Virus record (IMG/VR): IMGVR_UViG_3300019135_000021
Reading direction: 5' to 3' (one strand)
Source of the DNA: an uncultured virus (IMG/VR IMGVR_UViG_3300019135_000021)
Lineage: Duplodnaviria; Heunggongvirae; Uroviricota; Caudoviricetes
Length of the DNA stretch: 64,000 nucleotides
The stretch's first letter is position 1; each line of letters begins with the position of its first letter. Below the pieces are notes generated by a model. It saw only the letters and a program-made list of their open reading frames with translations, did no database searches and had not been told where the DNA came from. This document shows, piece after piece, positions 30,068-40,328 of the stretch. Both the position numbers and the translations under genes were made by a program.

Positions 30068-30556
30068 TTAGCTATCCTCTTGAGTAAGCTCTTCAACTTT
30101 TCTTAGAATATCTTCATTAGCTTCTAGTGAATCTACAAATTCCTTGCTCTGTTGAGCAATTTTTGCAACGTTTAGAGCTGTTTTATCAATTCTTTGCAAA
30201 CTTTCTTTAGGGAATGACTCGTAAATCTTAGAAGCGAAATCCGATTTTGCAATTTCCTCGAACATTTTTAGTTTATCTGTAAGTTTTTTAGGGAATTCTG
30301 CAATATCACTAAATTCGATAATTGTATACACATAAAGCAAGTCACCTGGGCTAAGTTCAGTTTTAACACCTTTTTTATTTTTAATATCCGTGAAATCCCG
30401 AATTAAAGATTTAAACATCTTCATAATTCTTGCAGAGTCAAAATTCGGATAAATGTAAGTATGATATTGATCATTCAATTCAATTCTCTGCTTCTCATTG
30501 TATTTCTTATTATCCTCTTTAATATGACTGAGCGTTAATTTTTGTGTTGCCATCAT
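30068..30556 (-). CDS. yomO: Putative tail assembly chaperone
   Basis: Synteny. Confidence 0.6.
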   Translation of the reverse strand: MMATQKLTLSHIKEDNKKYNEKQRIELNDQYHTYIYPNFDSARIMKMFKSLIRDFTDIKNKKGVKTELSPGDLLYVYTIIEFSDIAEFPKKLTDKLKMFEEIAKSDFASKIYESFPKESLQRIDKTALNVAKIAQQSKEFVDSLEANEDILRKVEELTQEDS

Positions 30557-30590
30557 ATTTCCTCCTTATAAATCCAAAATAAAAACACCA

Positions 30591-30779
30591 TTAAGGTGTT
30601 ATGCACATTCCTAAATCCACGCTGACATTAATGAATGGTTTATCATAACTTCTGCCTGTTATTTCTTCATACTCAGCAGGAGTGATCCAATTTATCCTCA
30701 CGTACTCGCGCATTTCCTCGTCGTTATAGCATCCCCAATCATAAAACTGTTTTATATCTTGGAAAGTAGGATACCTCAT
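30591..30779 (-). CDS. yomP: XkdX-family protein
   Basis: IKQFYDWG...ITPAEYEEITG. Confidence 0.85.
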   Translation of the reverse strand: MRYPTFQDIKQFYDWGCYNDEEMREYVRINWITPAEYEEITGRSYDKPFINVSVDLGMCITP

Positions 30780-31090
30780 GAGGTGTAACCGCCTTTTAAT
30801 TCTGAAACCTCTGATTGAAGGCGAGCTATCTGCAAGGACAGTAAGGCATTTTGTTTCTTTAATAGATCTATGGGATTGGGTTCTGGCTCCGGAGGTTGCA
30901 AACTATCGATATATTCCTGTGCGGCCGATTCGAACCATTTATTTTTCTTTGGATCAAATTTAGGTAAATATAGACCGTCAGGCGGTCTTGCATCACAATA
31001 AAAATCAGGAGTTTTATCGTCGTCTTCGATCAGTAATTCTTCCCCTGGCAAGTAGTTGAAATTTTCATCGTATTTGTATAGCCATTTCAT
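30776..31090 (-). CDS. yomQ: Tail fibre accessory protein
   Basis: PPDGLYLPKFD...W motif then coiled coil; precedes XkdX gene. Confidence 0.7.
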   Translation of the reverse strand: MKWLYKYDENFNYLPGEELLIEDDDKTPDFYCDARPPDGLYLPKFDPKKNKWFESAAQEYIDSLQPPEPEPNPIDLLKKQNALLSLQIARLQSEVSELKGGYTS

Positions 31091-31101
31091 TTTAATCCCT
31101 C

Positions 31102-32397
31102 CTAAGCCGACTTAAATTTAAATCCAAAAGTGATAAATTCATTTGGATTGACTGTATTGGAGCAGCTTTGTATATATACATTTCCATCGGTGGAAATATG
31201 TGTTCTATGAAATTGAGGGGCTGAACCTGTTCCAATACTTGAAGCTACGCCTATAAAATGTGTCATTTGCAAAGGTCTATACCCTGCTGGTAGCGTAAAA
31301 GCAGGCACCTCAAAACCAATAGTTCCTCCGGTTATTGAGCCAATTATCTCAACTTCCCCAAGTACATTTTTACTAAACTGAACCTTATGGGTTCCATACT
31401 GCTTCCATCCGTTTAATAAAGTAGGCGATTGCCAGGTTACGGACACGTCGGCATCTGTAATAAATCTGTGCCAACCTTTAAATGACCCGTCAGTGTGGAT
31501 TGTTCCGAACCACCTTCTAGGATTGGCCGTAGCAGTTACCACAATTGTTTTGCGCGCACTATTAGTTGAAACATCGTAATGAAACCACTCGACCGCCTTC
31601 GGATCTGGAGAATTCACAACTTTGTTACTGACACCATAATAAAGTCCGGATGGTAAAGTTAATAAGTCAGTGCCATCAGGAATTCGCATTCTGCTGCCGT
31701 TGTCATCTGTTAATTTATAAAGTTGCCCGCCATTCCATTTCGTCCGTTCAGCCGTAGTAATATGGCGAGTGTTGTCGGTGTTATGCGTATCAAATTCGGT
31801 CTTTGCTGCTTGTTTAATATTATCAACTTTTGATAACCCAACCTGTTCTTTTGTAACAGCGTGGGGATTGTCTTTATCATTTGCATGAGCTTCTGTGTAA
31901 GCTTTCGCTGATTTCAGTGCATCATCTACATCAGAAGAGGAGGGGACTGTAATAAATTCCGTCCAGCCTGTGGAGGGATACCAATGACGAAGATAGATTC
32001 TTGAATCTTCTCGATTTCCTGCATGGAAGAAAAGCTGTGCGAATCGATATTTTGTTGATTTTATGTTTAAGCATTCTCCGTACTGACTTGGGAAACCAAC
32101 TGATCCCTGTAAGAGAGGAAAGGTTGAGATGCCCATTGGATAATTATCTCCAGAATAAGATGCATCTTGGTATGGTGTTGGGTCTTTAATTATGGTTACT
32201 TGCTGAGTTGTTACTCCATGGGGATTTTCATTATTAATCACATGAGAATTAAGCAGCTCATTAAACTCTTCGATTTTTTCCGTAACTTCTTTTTTGTTAT
32301 CTACGGTATGTTTTTCAAAAAAATCAAATCTGTCTTTTAAATTCTCAATCTTTATTTCATTTTCTTTATTCTGTGCCCTAGAAAGATTATCCATCAC
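31102..32397 (-). CDS. yomR: Tail fibre / receptor-binding protein
   Basis: NPH.VT repeats, HITTAERTKWN, LLNGW and FTLPAGYRP head-domain motifs. Confidence 0.8.
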   Translation of the reverse strand: MMDNLSRAQNKENEIKIENLKDRFDFFEKHTVDNKKEVTEKIEEFNELLNSHVINNENPHGVTTQQVTIIKDPTPYQDASYSGDNYPMGISTFPLLQGSVGFPSQYGECLNIKSTKYRFAQLFFHAGNREDSRIYLRHWYPSTGWTEFITVPSSSDVDDALKSAKAYTEAHANDKDNPHAVTKEQVGLSKVDNIKQAAKTEFDTHNTDNTRHITTAERTKWNGGQLYKLTDDNGSRMRIPDGTDLLTLPSGLYYGVSNKVVNSPDPKAVEWFHYDVSTNSARKTIVVTATANPRRWFGTIHTDGSFKGWHRFITDADVSVTWQSPTLLNGWKQYGTHKVQFSKNVLGEVEIIGSITGGTIGFEVPAFTLPAGYRPLQMTHFIGVASSIGTGSAPQFHRTHISTDGNVYIQSCSNTVNPNEFITFGFKFKSA

Positions 32398-32762
32398 TAT
32401 GTCACCGCATTTCCCTTAATGGTAAGTGATCCACCATTAATCTTGGATATTTCAAATTGAATTGCGGTTTTCCCGGCGACATCAAACTCCCATATTTCAT
32501 CAATTCCCAGAGTGCTTGCGCCAAACATATGATTAGAGGAGTTTATCCCTTCTAGAACAATTTTTTTCCCATCTTGTGTAACACTATAAAATTTAACTTC
32601 TCTTGAAGTGCAGTCGCCTGTAATTTCAACAGTAAGTGTACGATGAGCACCTACAATAAGTTTTTCACCTTCACTTGGCTCAGATACAGAATCATGAAAG
32701 ATGAAGGGGGTGATTTGAGGTTCGACTTTTCGCGGTAGTGTTTTATAATCGCAAACTGACAC
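32397..32762 (-). CDS. yomS: Virion protein
   Basis: GTG start after AAGGAGG; FH....PSEGE...SREVKFY...WEFDVAG matches recalled YomS. Confidence 0.7.
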   Translation of the reverse strand: MSVCDYKTLPRKVEPQITPFIFHDSVSEPSEGEKLIVGAHRTLTVEITGDCTSREVKFYSVTQDGKKIVLEGINSSNHMFGASTLGIDEIWEFDVAGKTAIQFEISKINGGSLTIKGNAVT

Positions 32763-32869
32763 TGGAAACCTCCTTAAATAGTTTCTTAATAAAACACGCA
32801 TTTTATTTGTATAAAAAAGAAGAGGGGAAATCCCCCTCATAATCTTTATTAATTAGATATTATTTTGGG

Positions 32870-33262
32870 TTAGTTGGATGCTTGGCCGCCTTTTAATTCA
32901 TCAATTTGTTTTTGTAAATCATCGAACTTAGCCTTGACTTCGCTGTTTAAGTTAACGAGCAAGACGCTGCCGGTTCCAATGTTGTTACTTCTGACAATAT
33001 TGTCACCAAGCATTTCATGAGTAATGCTTTTTTCTTCAATGACAGCAGGATCGCCTTTGTCACCTTTATCACCTTTTGGCCCCGGTTCACCCTTGTCACC
33101 TTTATCGCCTTTTGGCCCCGGCTCGCCTTGCATCCCTTTAATGTATAAAGGGTTCTCTTCACTGTTGTTTTTTAAATAAACAGCCGTTACTGGTTTTCCT
33201 GTGCCATCATTTTCTGCAGATGTAAATACTCCATTACTTTCATTTAGAAATTGTTCAGCCAT
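32870..33262 (-). CDS. Collagen-like repeat virion accessory protein (yomT position)
   Basis: GEPGPKGDKGDK repeated twice, C-terminal coiled coil. Confidence 0.75.
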   Translation of the reverse strand: MAEQFLNESNGVFTSAENDGTGKPVTAVYLKNNSEENPLYIKGMQGEPGPKGDKGDKGEPGPKGDKGDKGDPAVIEEKSITHEMLGDNIVRSNNIGTGSVLLVNLNSEVKAKFDDLQKQIDELKGGQASN

Positions 33263-33301
33263 AATATAATCTCTCCTTATTTTTGTTTTAGATTTTGATT
33301 A

Positions 33302-34096
33302 TTAGTCACCAATGTCTACAGCTTTTGTTTGAGTTCCTGTGTCTGGAGAAGGGGAGGGGATGTCAGGCGTATTTGTTTTAGTACGAGGTACACGAGCAAA
33401 CCTACCGTATCTACCGCTGCTGTCTGCTGCAAGCACTTTAAATGAAAGCTCTGGTGTATAAGCAGCGCCATTTTCTAGTGACATTTCAAATTCACCAGAT
33501 GGAGCAACCTTGTCAAATTGAATATAGAGGTCACTGTACACTACCCCGGTATCTGGGTCGTACTCAATAGTGTGATATTCAAGCTCATACATTTCAGAAA
33601 ATTTATTGGAGTTGATCTCGACTGTTTCTCCTGTTACCTCAATTCTATAAACAGCAGTTAGAACATCGCCTTCTTTTGCAAAATCATCTGGAACCGTAAC
33701 TGCTTCATCTTTGTATTCAGCCTGTATGCTTGCTCCTTTGCTGTTCTTGAGTGATACTACACCAACAGGAGTTTTTTGAAGTTTAACTGTACCATCTACC
33801 TGAACTGTTACATCTTCACGTTCAGATACATTAAATTTGTTTTCCTCGATGGCTACCCCTTGAGTCATAGCCATGAATTCCATATCAAAGAAAGCATTTT
33901 TCACCTTGGCATCGATCGACTTATCTGTGCGAAGAAGATAAAGTGTTCTATTCCCAATACCACCTTTTAATTCTTCTTCTGAAATGGATTGTGAAATGGA
34001 AGCCAATTGAGCTTCTGCAGCAGAAATTACATGTCCATCGGATTTTCTTCTCCAATAGACATCTGCTGTATCATGAATAACTGTTTTCTTGGTCAT
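33302..34096 (-). CDS. yomU: Major tail tube protein
   Basis: 264 aa; synteny; Pro-rich tail ending KAVDIGD. Confidence 0.7.
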   Translation of the reverse strand: MTKKTVIHDTADVYWRRKSDGHVISAAEAQLASISQSISEEELKGGIGNRTLYLLRTDKSIDAKVKNAFFDMEFMAMTQGVAIEENKFNVSEREDVTVQVDGTVKLQKTPVGVVSLKNSKGASIQAEYKDEAVTVPDDFAKEGDVLTAVYRIEVTGETVEINSNKFSEMYELEYHTIEYDPDTGVVYSDLYIQFDKVAPSGEFEMSLENGAAYTPELSFKVLAADSSGRYGRFARVPRTKTNTPDIPSPSPDTGTQTKAVDIGD

Positions 34097-34140
34097 TAAA
34101 TATCCTCCTTTAATTTAAATGAAAAAAGACTGATAATAAA

Positions 34141-34860
34141 TCAGTCTTGAAACAATCTTTTTAAGTTTTTAACTTGCTCATCTGACAGTGCGTGGCTCTC
34201 TTCTTCAAAGAGGTCAACATGGCTACTCCAATGTTTAATGTTCTTACCTGCCTCGGGAGATACTGTCGCAAATAAAATTGCGGTATCATAGTCTTTAAAG
34301 CAGCTAATGCGATAGAACGTCATATACATTTGATACAATGTCATTTCAGCAATTTCTTTGTATGAAATACCTGCAAAAGTCGCTATGGAGCTAATCATAT
34401 CGTATACTTCAAGTGGTTCTTGCTCTTGCTGTTTTAATCTTTTACTCTGTTCAATCCTTCGTTGCACTTCTGGGTTGGGGCTAATTTTCTCTTCTTTTAA
34501 GCAATGCATTTCTAAAAAAAGTTTTCTTATTGAATTGAAATTGTTTCGATCTATTAATTCAAAGACTGTGTCGTTCTGAAAACCTTTTTTAAATACTTCA
34601 GAGTAGGCCTCATTAAAATTTGGTAATTGATTGACAATATCAAAAAGAGGTAGCTTTTTCATCTCTTCAATAAGGTTATTTAATTCACCACTTTTATTAA
34701 GCTGGCTATATCTATAAACAATCTCGTTTTTACTCATTTTTATTAAGTCCAGGTATGCCGCATACTCGTTGTAATCCTTCATTTTGAGGAAATGGCACTT
34801 GCCAATAGGGGTGTCAACGGGAATACCTAAGATAAAGAGATCTTGAGAAATTTCGTTCAT
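34141..34860 (-). CDS. yomV: Virion morphogenesis protein
   Basis: Synteny and size. Confidence 0.6.
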   Translation of the reverse strand: MNEISQDLFILGIPVDTPIGKCHFLKMKDYNEYAAYLDLIKMSKNEIVYRYSQLNKSGELNNLIEEMKKLPLFDIVNQLPNFNEAYSEVFKKGFQNDTVFELIDRNNFNSIRKLFLEMHCLKEEKISPNPEVQRRIEQSKRLKQQEQEPLEVYDMISSIATFAGISYKEIAEMTLYQMYMTFYRISCFKDYDTAILFATVSPEAGKNIKHWSSHVDLFEEESHALSDEQVKNLKRLFQD

Positions 34861-35387
34861 TTCATTGCTCCAAATGTGAAAATCATTTTATAACCCAAGT
34901 AACCAGCAGGAGGGTTTGTAATCAGCATTCTTTTCGGAGCTAAAGCCTTTCCGAAGCCAGCGATATTTTTATTGAAGAGAAGCTCAGATAATCTGTCCAA
35001 AATTTTCAATGACCTAAATTCATTTTCTTCATATGTCTCAATATGAGTGTAGACATCAATGTGAAGGTCTTGATCCATAAGCAAATAGCTTTGATTAGAG
35101 GGCTTTGATAAGCCACTTCCCAAATACATACACACTCTACAGATTGGTGATTCAGTAATGTCATCGGTTTTTGGAGCTCTTTTGAAGATTGTCTTAAAAA
35201 TAGGGGGGATAATGCGGACTTTTCCATCTTCTTCAACGGTTGTTTCAACTTCATAGCCTTCTAAGTCCTGAACATCAGGGAGGTCAGGGGAGAGGGGGGT
35301 GTCCTTATAATACAGAAGTCTGTTGAGCTCAGAGTCATTAATCAATGTTCTAAAAATCTTGGTCATGTGTTCAACCATATTACTCAT
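34857..35387 (-). CDS. yomW: Putative tail terminator
   Basis: Synteny; ELNRLLYY motif. Confidence 0.6.
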   Translation of the reverse strand: MSNMVEHMTKIFRTLINDSELNRLLYYKDTPLSPDLPDVQDLEGYEVETTVEEDGKVRIIPPIFKTIFKRAPKTDDITESPICRVCMYLGSGLSKPSNQSYLLMDQDLHIDVYTHIETYEENEFRSLKILDRLSELLFNKNIAGFGKALAPKRMLITNPPAGYLGYKMIFTFGAMK

Positions 35388-36043
35388 GCACTACCATCAC
35401 CTCTGACTTTCTTTTTAGCAATTAATTTTATTGTGCCACGATCTCCATAAACCTTAGAGTAATCAATGTCATTAACAAGATAGTCCTCACCAAAGAAAGA
35501 GAGGAGTAGCCCAATTTTTATTTTGTCGTTATTTATATTTGGAATTGTGATGTTTGCTTGACCATCAGGAAGGTTGACGGCTAGATCAGTCCCATTTATA
35601 GATGTTGAACGTTCAAAAACACATGGTATTTCAATAACTTCTCCAGGGACTTTAGTTTTGATTGGTTTTCCAGTAACTTCGCTTATCTTGTCTGAATCAA
35701 TCCATTTGTCATTTGTAGTTAACTGTATTGAGGAGTTGCATAGCCTGATTTCAGCCTTTTTATAAATTTTATTAAAGCTTGGGAAAGTAGTGATTAGCCA
35801 CTTTTGAGTGTCCCATTTGACGACTCCTCCAATATAGATGTCTTCGGGAAGCCCTAGAATGTATTTAGTCATTCCATCGCCATTTGAAAACTTTGAAGTA
35901 ATCAAACATGTTACTGATTCTTTTTCATCAATTGACACAGTCTCTGACTGAAAACCCTTCAAACCAGCCTGAAAAATTAATTTCCCATCATGTTCAATCT
36001 TTTTATTAACGTCGATCTGATGGTAATTTTTAAAGTCTTTCAT
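35384..36043 (-). CDS. yomX: Putative head-tail joining protein
   Basis: Synteny. Confidence 0.6.
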   Translation of the reverse strand: MKDFKNYHQIDVNKKIEHDGKLIFQAGLKGFQSETVSIDEKESVTCLITSKFSNGDGMTKYILGLPEDIYIGGVVKWDTQKWLITTFPSFNKIYKKAEIRLCNSSIQLTTNDKWIDSDKISEVTGKPIKTKVPGEVIEIPCVFERSTSINGTDLAVNLPDGQANITIPNINNDKIKIGLLLSFFGEDYLVNDIDYSKVYGDRGTIKLIAKKKVRGDGSA

Positions 36044-36260
36044 CTAAATCACCAGATAGGGATTGACCTAATCTTACGATTTCAGCACTCACGTCCAAAA
36101 TGATTTCACGAATTTCAGCTAGTTCTGTATCAGACAGCATTTTTTTATTTAAATATTGCTCTACTTTATAAAGGACAGAGTTGTTTTTCTTGCTTAGTCT
36201 TATGCAGTGTTCTTGTAAAGAGGAGGGGGCTTGTCCTTCATTAATATATTTTTCTCTCAT
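36030..36260 (-). CDS. yomY: Small virion-operon protein
   Basis: Synteny; overlaps both neighbours. Confidence 0.55.
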   Translation of the reverse strand: MREKYINEGQAPSSLQEHCIRLSKKNNSVLYKVEQYLNKKMLSDTELAEIREIILDVSAEIVRLGQSLSGDLDERL

Positions 36261-36655
36261 AAGTAATCCACCTCTGTATTCATAATGAGGCGGTCAATAT
36301 CTGCTGTTTGTTTCTCAATTGACTTTGTTAATGAATTGATTTGTGTACCATAGTTGGTAACACCAACGTCTTTTGCAAATGGCTGCCATGTAGTCTGAAA
36401 AAAAGTCTGTTCATTAATTAAAAAAATTAAACGTAAATAATGAACGAGAATTAACAATTCATCCTCGTTCATTACTCTGTCTACTGTTTCAGTTTCATCG
36501 TTACACTTCAATTTTTTGTCGCGAAGTCTATTATTGAATCGCAGGACTGCGTTCCTTATAGATTTATAAATTAAAGATTCTTCCGTAGGTAAATTGATAT
36601 CAGACGTTTTACAGTTTAGCAAGAAAAACTCCCAAATTTCATCATAAGAAGTCAT
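36257..36655 (-). CDS. yomZ: Putative head-tail adaptor
   Basis: MTSYDEIWEFFL start; synteny. Confidence 0.6.
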   Translation of the reverse strand: MTSYDEIWEFFLLNCKTSDINLPTEESLIYKSIRNAVLRFNNRLRDKKLKCNDETETVDRVMNEDELLILVHYLRLIFLINEQTFFQTTWQPFAKDVGVTNYGTQINSLTKSIEKQTADIDRLIMNTEVDYL

Positions 36656-36666
36656 TATTGAACCTC

Positions 36667-37137
36667 CTAGTCAAAGAGCAGGGAAGGATCTTCGACACCC
36701 ATCCATTCAGCTAAGGCTTTAAGTTTTCCAGCAGGGATATCATCACTGAATTCAGAAGCAACATCAATAACAAACTGTTTTTCTGAGTCAACTGTAATCT
36801 TTTCAAGCTTATTTTTCATTTGTGCAATGTTACCTGTTTTAATCATCTTTGAAATTTCTTCTTTTGTGTGAGTGTTGTTCGTGTATGCTTCCGCATCAAC
36901 AATTGATTCTTTGATTTGTTTTGTTGAGTCATCTTCATCAACAATAACTAATTCACCTTTATCAAAGCAGACACTATTCATTGTCAACCAGTCAACAACA
37001 TCTCTAGGTACTTCCTTGATCTCAGCCTTACCATTTTTACTACCTGACCAAGTGAATTGTTTAAGTCCACCATCTCCGGTGTACCCAACAAAATAAGAAG
37101 TGTTTCTATAACGAGCCAATTTAACTTTATCAGACAT
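36667..37137 (-). CDS. yonA: Head-associated protein
   Basis: Synteny after capsid gene. Confidence 0.65.
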   Translation of the reverse strand: MSDKVKLARYRNTSYFVGYTGDGGLKQFTWSGSKNGKAEIKEVPRDVVDWLTMNSVCFDKGELVIVDEDDSTKQIKESIVDAEAYTNNTHTKEEISKMIKTGNIAQMKNKLEKITVDSEKQFVIDVASEFSDDIPAGKLKALAEWMGVEDPSLLFD

Positions 37138-37171
37138 AATTTCCTCCTAGTTTATCCTTTAAAATAAATAC

Positions 37172-38188
37172 TTAGATAGATACTGCTGCTTGTTCCTCGA
37201 TAATTCCAATCGCTTCACCAAACAGAAGGTTAACAGAAGCAGATTGAGTGATTTTCATTTTAATTCTTTCATCCTCGATGTCTTGTTCAGTTAACTGTTT
37301 AAGCCCACCGTACTCAACAATAGAGAATGGTTTTTGTGACACTCCACCAGCAAACATATAACCTTTGTTTACAGGCAACTCAACTTTTGAGTTAGTTTCA
37401 TCAGTGAATGGGTTTGTGAGGTTTACTGCAGTAGTTCTTCCAATTGTAGTAGGGTTTAAAGCAGTCAGAAGCTCATTTTTAATGCCATCAGTTAGAAGGT
37501 TTTTATATGTAGAATCTGTAGCTTGCTGAAAAGCAAAGTAATCAATAAGAAGCGAGTCTCCAACAAATACTGGCCTACCTCCATAACGCTGAAGAACTGA
37601 AGCAACTTCATTATATTTTTGTAATGTAAGGTTTGACCCAACAGCCACGTTTTTTGGTGGGATTTTTCCTTTAGCAATAGCAGCAGCCGTTAATTGATGA
37701 ATTTTATCCAAATACAATCGAACTTTTGCATTGGCAATGTCATTAACTAATTTGTTGAAATATTCGACAGAATCAGTTACAAGATCAAGTGGCTCATAAT
37801 AAAAACCAGTGGATAGCGTATATGGAACAGCAGGTACATTTTCTCGACCTTCAACACGGACTAGATCTACACCTGATCCATTAGCAGACCAAATCACTTT
37901 TGCTTTGTTTTTCTTAGGGATTTTGATTAATTTTAGACTCCCTGGTTTCTCTTGTTCGTGATTTGCAAATAGAGTGATTAGATTTGTAACCATTGGTTTT
38001 GCAATTTCATCTGCTTGCTGTACAACAAGCGTATTAAACTGGTGCAACATAGAAGGGTCAGGAGTAACAGTTCCATCACCAAATACTTTTTTAATATAAG
38101 TTTCGATATCCGATTTATCTGTGGCTTCCATCTTATTGTTGACCACACGGCTAAATAAGCCCTTAATTTTTACAGTGTCAAGTTTCAT
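37172..38188 (-). CDS. yonB: Major capsid protein
   Basis: 338 aa; position after decoration and protease genes. Confidence 0.75.
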   Translation of the reverse strand: MKLDTVKIKGLFSRVVNNKMEATDKSDIETYIKKVFGDGTVTPDPSMLHQFNTLVVQQADEIAKPMVTNLITLFANHEQEKPGSLKLIKIPKKNKAKVIWSANGSGVDLVRVEGRENVPAVPYTLSTGFYYEPLDLVTDSVEYFNKLVNDIANAKVRLYLDKIHQLTAAAIAKGKIPPKNVAVGSNLTLQKYNEVASVLQRYGGRPVFVGDSLLIDYFAFQQATDSTYKNLLTDGIKNELLTALNPTTIGRTTAVNLTNPFTDETNSKVELPVNKGYMFAGGVSQKPFSIVEYGGLKQLTEQDIEDERIKMKITQSASVNLLFGEAIGIIEEQAAVSI

Positions 38189-38228
38189 ATATTGTACTCC
38201 TTTTCAATAAGTGTTTATTAAAGTTCTA

Positions 38229-38831
38229 TTAATCGCCAATGTCTACGGCTTTTGCTTGAGTCTCTGAACTTGTTCCAGGTACTAAGCCCGTTTCTGATCC
38301 TGTAATTACTTCGAGACGTACCAGCTTTTGTCCCATTGTGTACTGGAGATCATCTTCGCTGTTTACAACAAGGAATTTAGCAGAAGAATCTGCAAAGTCA
38401 GCATGAGGTGAAGCAGGGTCGCTTAAAACATATTTTTCAGTTTTAATATCAAAGTGCGCCACTTGTCCTCGTTTAACTTCTTTGACGCCTTCATTCAAAG
38501 AGAAAGCAGAAACATCAAAACGTGTGTATCCTGGTTCCAAAATAACGATACGACCGTGTTCACCTTCAGCGTTATAGAAATCAGTCAAAGACTCGCCCAA
38601 ATAGCGAACTTCTGGGGCTGCAATTAAATAAGCTCTGTGCTTTTTATCGGAAAGTTTTTTTGCAATGCGGTTTCCTTCTTCATCAAAACCGAGTTCCACA
38701 AGCATAAAGTTGTCAATATCTGATCCAGATACCTTAGCACCGTGAGCAAGAGTTTTGATTTTTAATGAATTCAAGTTACCAGTAGTGTGGGTGCCTACTT
38801 CTGTAAGAGCAGTTTGTAGTCTAGTAGCCAT
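38229..38831 (-). CDS. yonC: Putative capsid decoration protein
   Basis: Synteny; C-terminal extension ending KAVDIGD. Confidence 0.65.
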   Translation of the reverse strand: MATRLQTALTEVGTHTTGNLNSLKIKTLAHGAKVSGSDIDNFMLVELGFDEEGNRIAKKLSDKKHRAYLIAAPEVRYLGESLTDFYNAEGEHGRIVILEPGYTRFDVSAFSLNEGVKEVKRGQVAHFDIKTEKYVLSDPASPHADFADSSAKFLVVNSEDDLQYTMGQKLVRLEVITGSETGLVPGTSSETQAKAVDIGD

Positions 38832-38855
38832 TTATAAATCCTCCATTTTAAGTTT

Positions 38856-40307
38856 TTAAGACGAATAACGCGATTCAAACGAATCATCATCTTTTAGTAA
38901 TTTTTCACGTTTGCTGGACATCTCTCTAATAAAATTTCCATCTTGGTCAGTTGCATGATCAACAAGTTCAACCAACATTGAATTCAATTGAAGAACTGCT
39001 TTATCGGCTTCTTCGTTGTCTTTAGCTGATGCTAGAATAAGATTTTGAACTTCTTCAGTTTCATATTTCTCTTCAGCATTAAGAGCTTCAAATTTAAGCT
39101 TATAGAATTCTTTCTTTTCTTGAGCTCTTTTTTCGAACTCTGCTTTTTCATGTTTTTCCTTGAAAGGTTTAAGCTTTTCTACAACAGAGTTTAATTGAAC
39201 GAGCTTTTCACTTGCTGCATTGAATTGTTCCTCAAGCTTAGATTTACTCTCTTTGATTTCATTAAACTGATTAGAGAGCTCTGAAATTGTTGTGTCTTTT
39301 TCATTTAACTGACTTTGAATTTCTTCAGGGACAACTTCTTCCCAGTTTCGTTTTAAGAAGACTTCAGTTTTTGAGTCTAAATCAATTGTCAGAGTATCCC
39401 CATTTTTGGTGTAGTTAATTTTGTAATATTTGTCGTAAGAATTATCTTCAGACCAACTATAAATATTTACAATAAAGTATGTATCATACACATCAGCAAT
39501 ATATGATCCCTCATTTGATTCGAGAGTTGGATCAAGTTGATTATAGATAAGCGTTCTTATGTCCGAATGTGATAATTCAAACACTTTTTTAAATTTATCC
39601 ACTTTTTCACCTTCCTTTTGTTTTTCTTGGTTTGCAGCTTGTGCAACCAATTTCTCGAATTTTTGCATCTCATTAAAACTCACTAAGCGAGATGAATCAT
39701 AAGCAGGGAGGACGATATCGTGCTCTCCTCGTTTCTCAGAATTCAAGATCGCATGACCTTCTAAATAAATAGGCGTTTCAATGTACTCTATTCCATCTTT
39801 AACAGAGTAATTTGAGTATAGAATTTCACAGCTTGTGTTTATATTGATGCCCCGTGAATACCATTCCAATAAAAGCTCACAGGCATCGCTGAAACGCGAA
39901 CTCCATAAAACTGCATCGGCGGCCAAAACTTCTTTTTTTCCTTCCGGAGTATCGATCTCCATAATGTATCCTTCAGAAGTAAACACGCCGATTGGGGTAG
40001 TATCCGTCTTAACTTCAAGTTCACCGTGTTTATCAGTACCTAAATATGCTTCATGAGATCCAAGTGCATCAGTAGCAGTGTTGTTTTCTTCAACCTCATG
40101 GTATTTTGCAACAATAGGCTTATTGATAATAGTAGGGGAGGCGTCCAAAGCAACTTCCTTAGAAATGACTGTATTGTTGTGAGATGTCTCAAAGTCAAAA
40201 ATGATAAAAGTGCAGGGGAGTTTTGTGGGATCATCTGTTTTCTTTATCTCATTAAGCTGCAATTGAAAAACTTTTTTCTTTTGCTCTTTGGTCAAACGTT
40301 TATTCAC
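38856..40307 (-). CDS. yonD: Prohead protease / scaffold
   Basis: IINKPIVAKY, TSCEI, GHAIL motifs then long acidic coiled coil. Confidence 0.7.
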   Translation of the reverse strand: MNKRLTKEQKKKVFQLQLNEIKKTDDPTKLPCTFIIFDFETSHNNTVISKEVALDASPTIINKPIVAKYHEVEENNTATDALGSHEAYLGTDKHGELEVKTDTTPIGVFTSEGYIMEIDTPEGKKEVLAADAVLWSSRFSDACELLLEWYSRGININTSCEILYSNYSVKDGIEYIETPIYLEGHAILNSEKRGEHDIVLPAYDSSRLVSFNEMQKFEKLVAQAANQEKQKEGEKVDKFKKVFELSHSDIRTLIYNQLDPTLESNEGSYIADVYDTYFIVNIYSWSEDNSYDKYYKINYTKNGDTLTIDLDSKTEVFLKRNWEEVVPEEIQSQLNEKDTTISELSNQFNEIKESKSKLEEQFNAASEKLVQLNSVVEKLKPFKEKHEKAEFEKRAQEKKEFYKLKFEALNAEEKYETEEVQNLILASAKDNEEADKAVLQLNSMLVELVDHATDQDGNFIREMSSKREKLLKDDDSFESRYSS

Positions 40308-40328
40308 CTCCTTTCAAAACATTGCAAA

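Noticed and set aside
33040..33130. Tandem DNA repeat as possible CRISPR or VNTR element
   Set aside because: It encodes the Gly-X-Y collagen repeat; no spacers; no CRISPR array seen anywhere in the window
33262..33304. Readthrough or frameshift fusing the tail tube protein to the collagen protein
   Set aside because: yomU ends in tandem TAA TAA, no slippery site is evident, and the next gene has its own AAGGAG RBS
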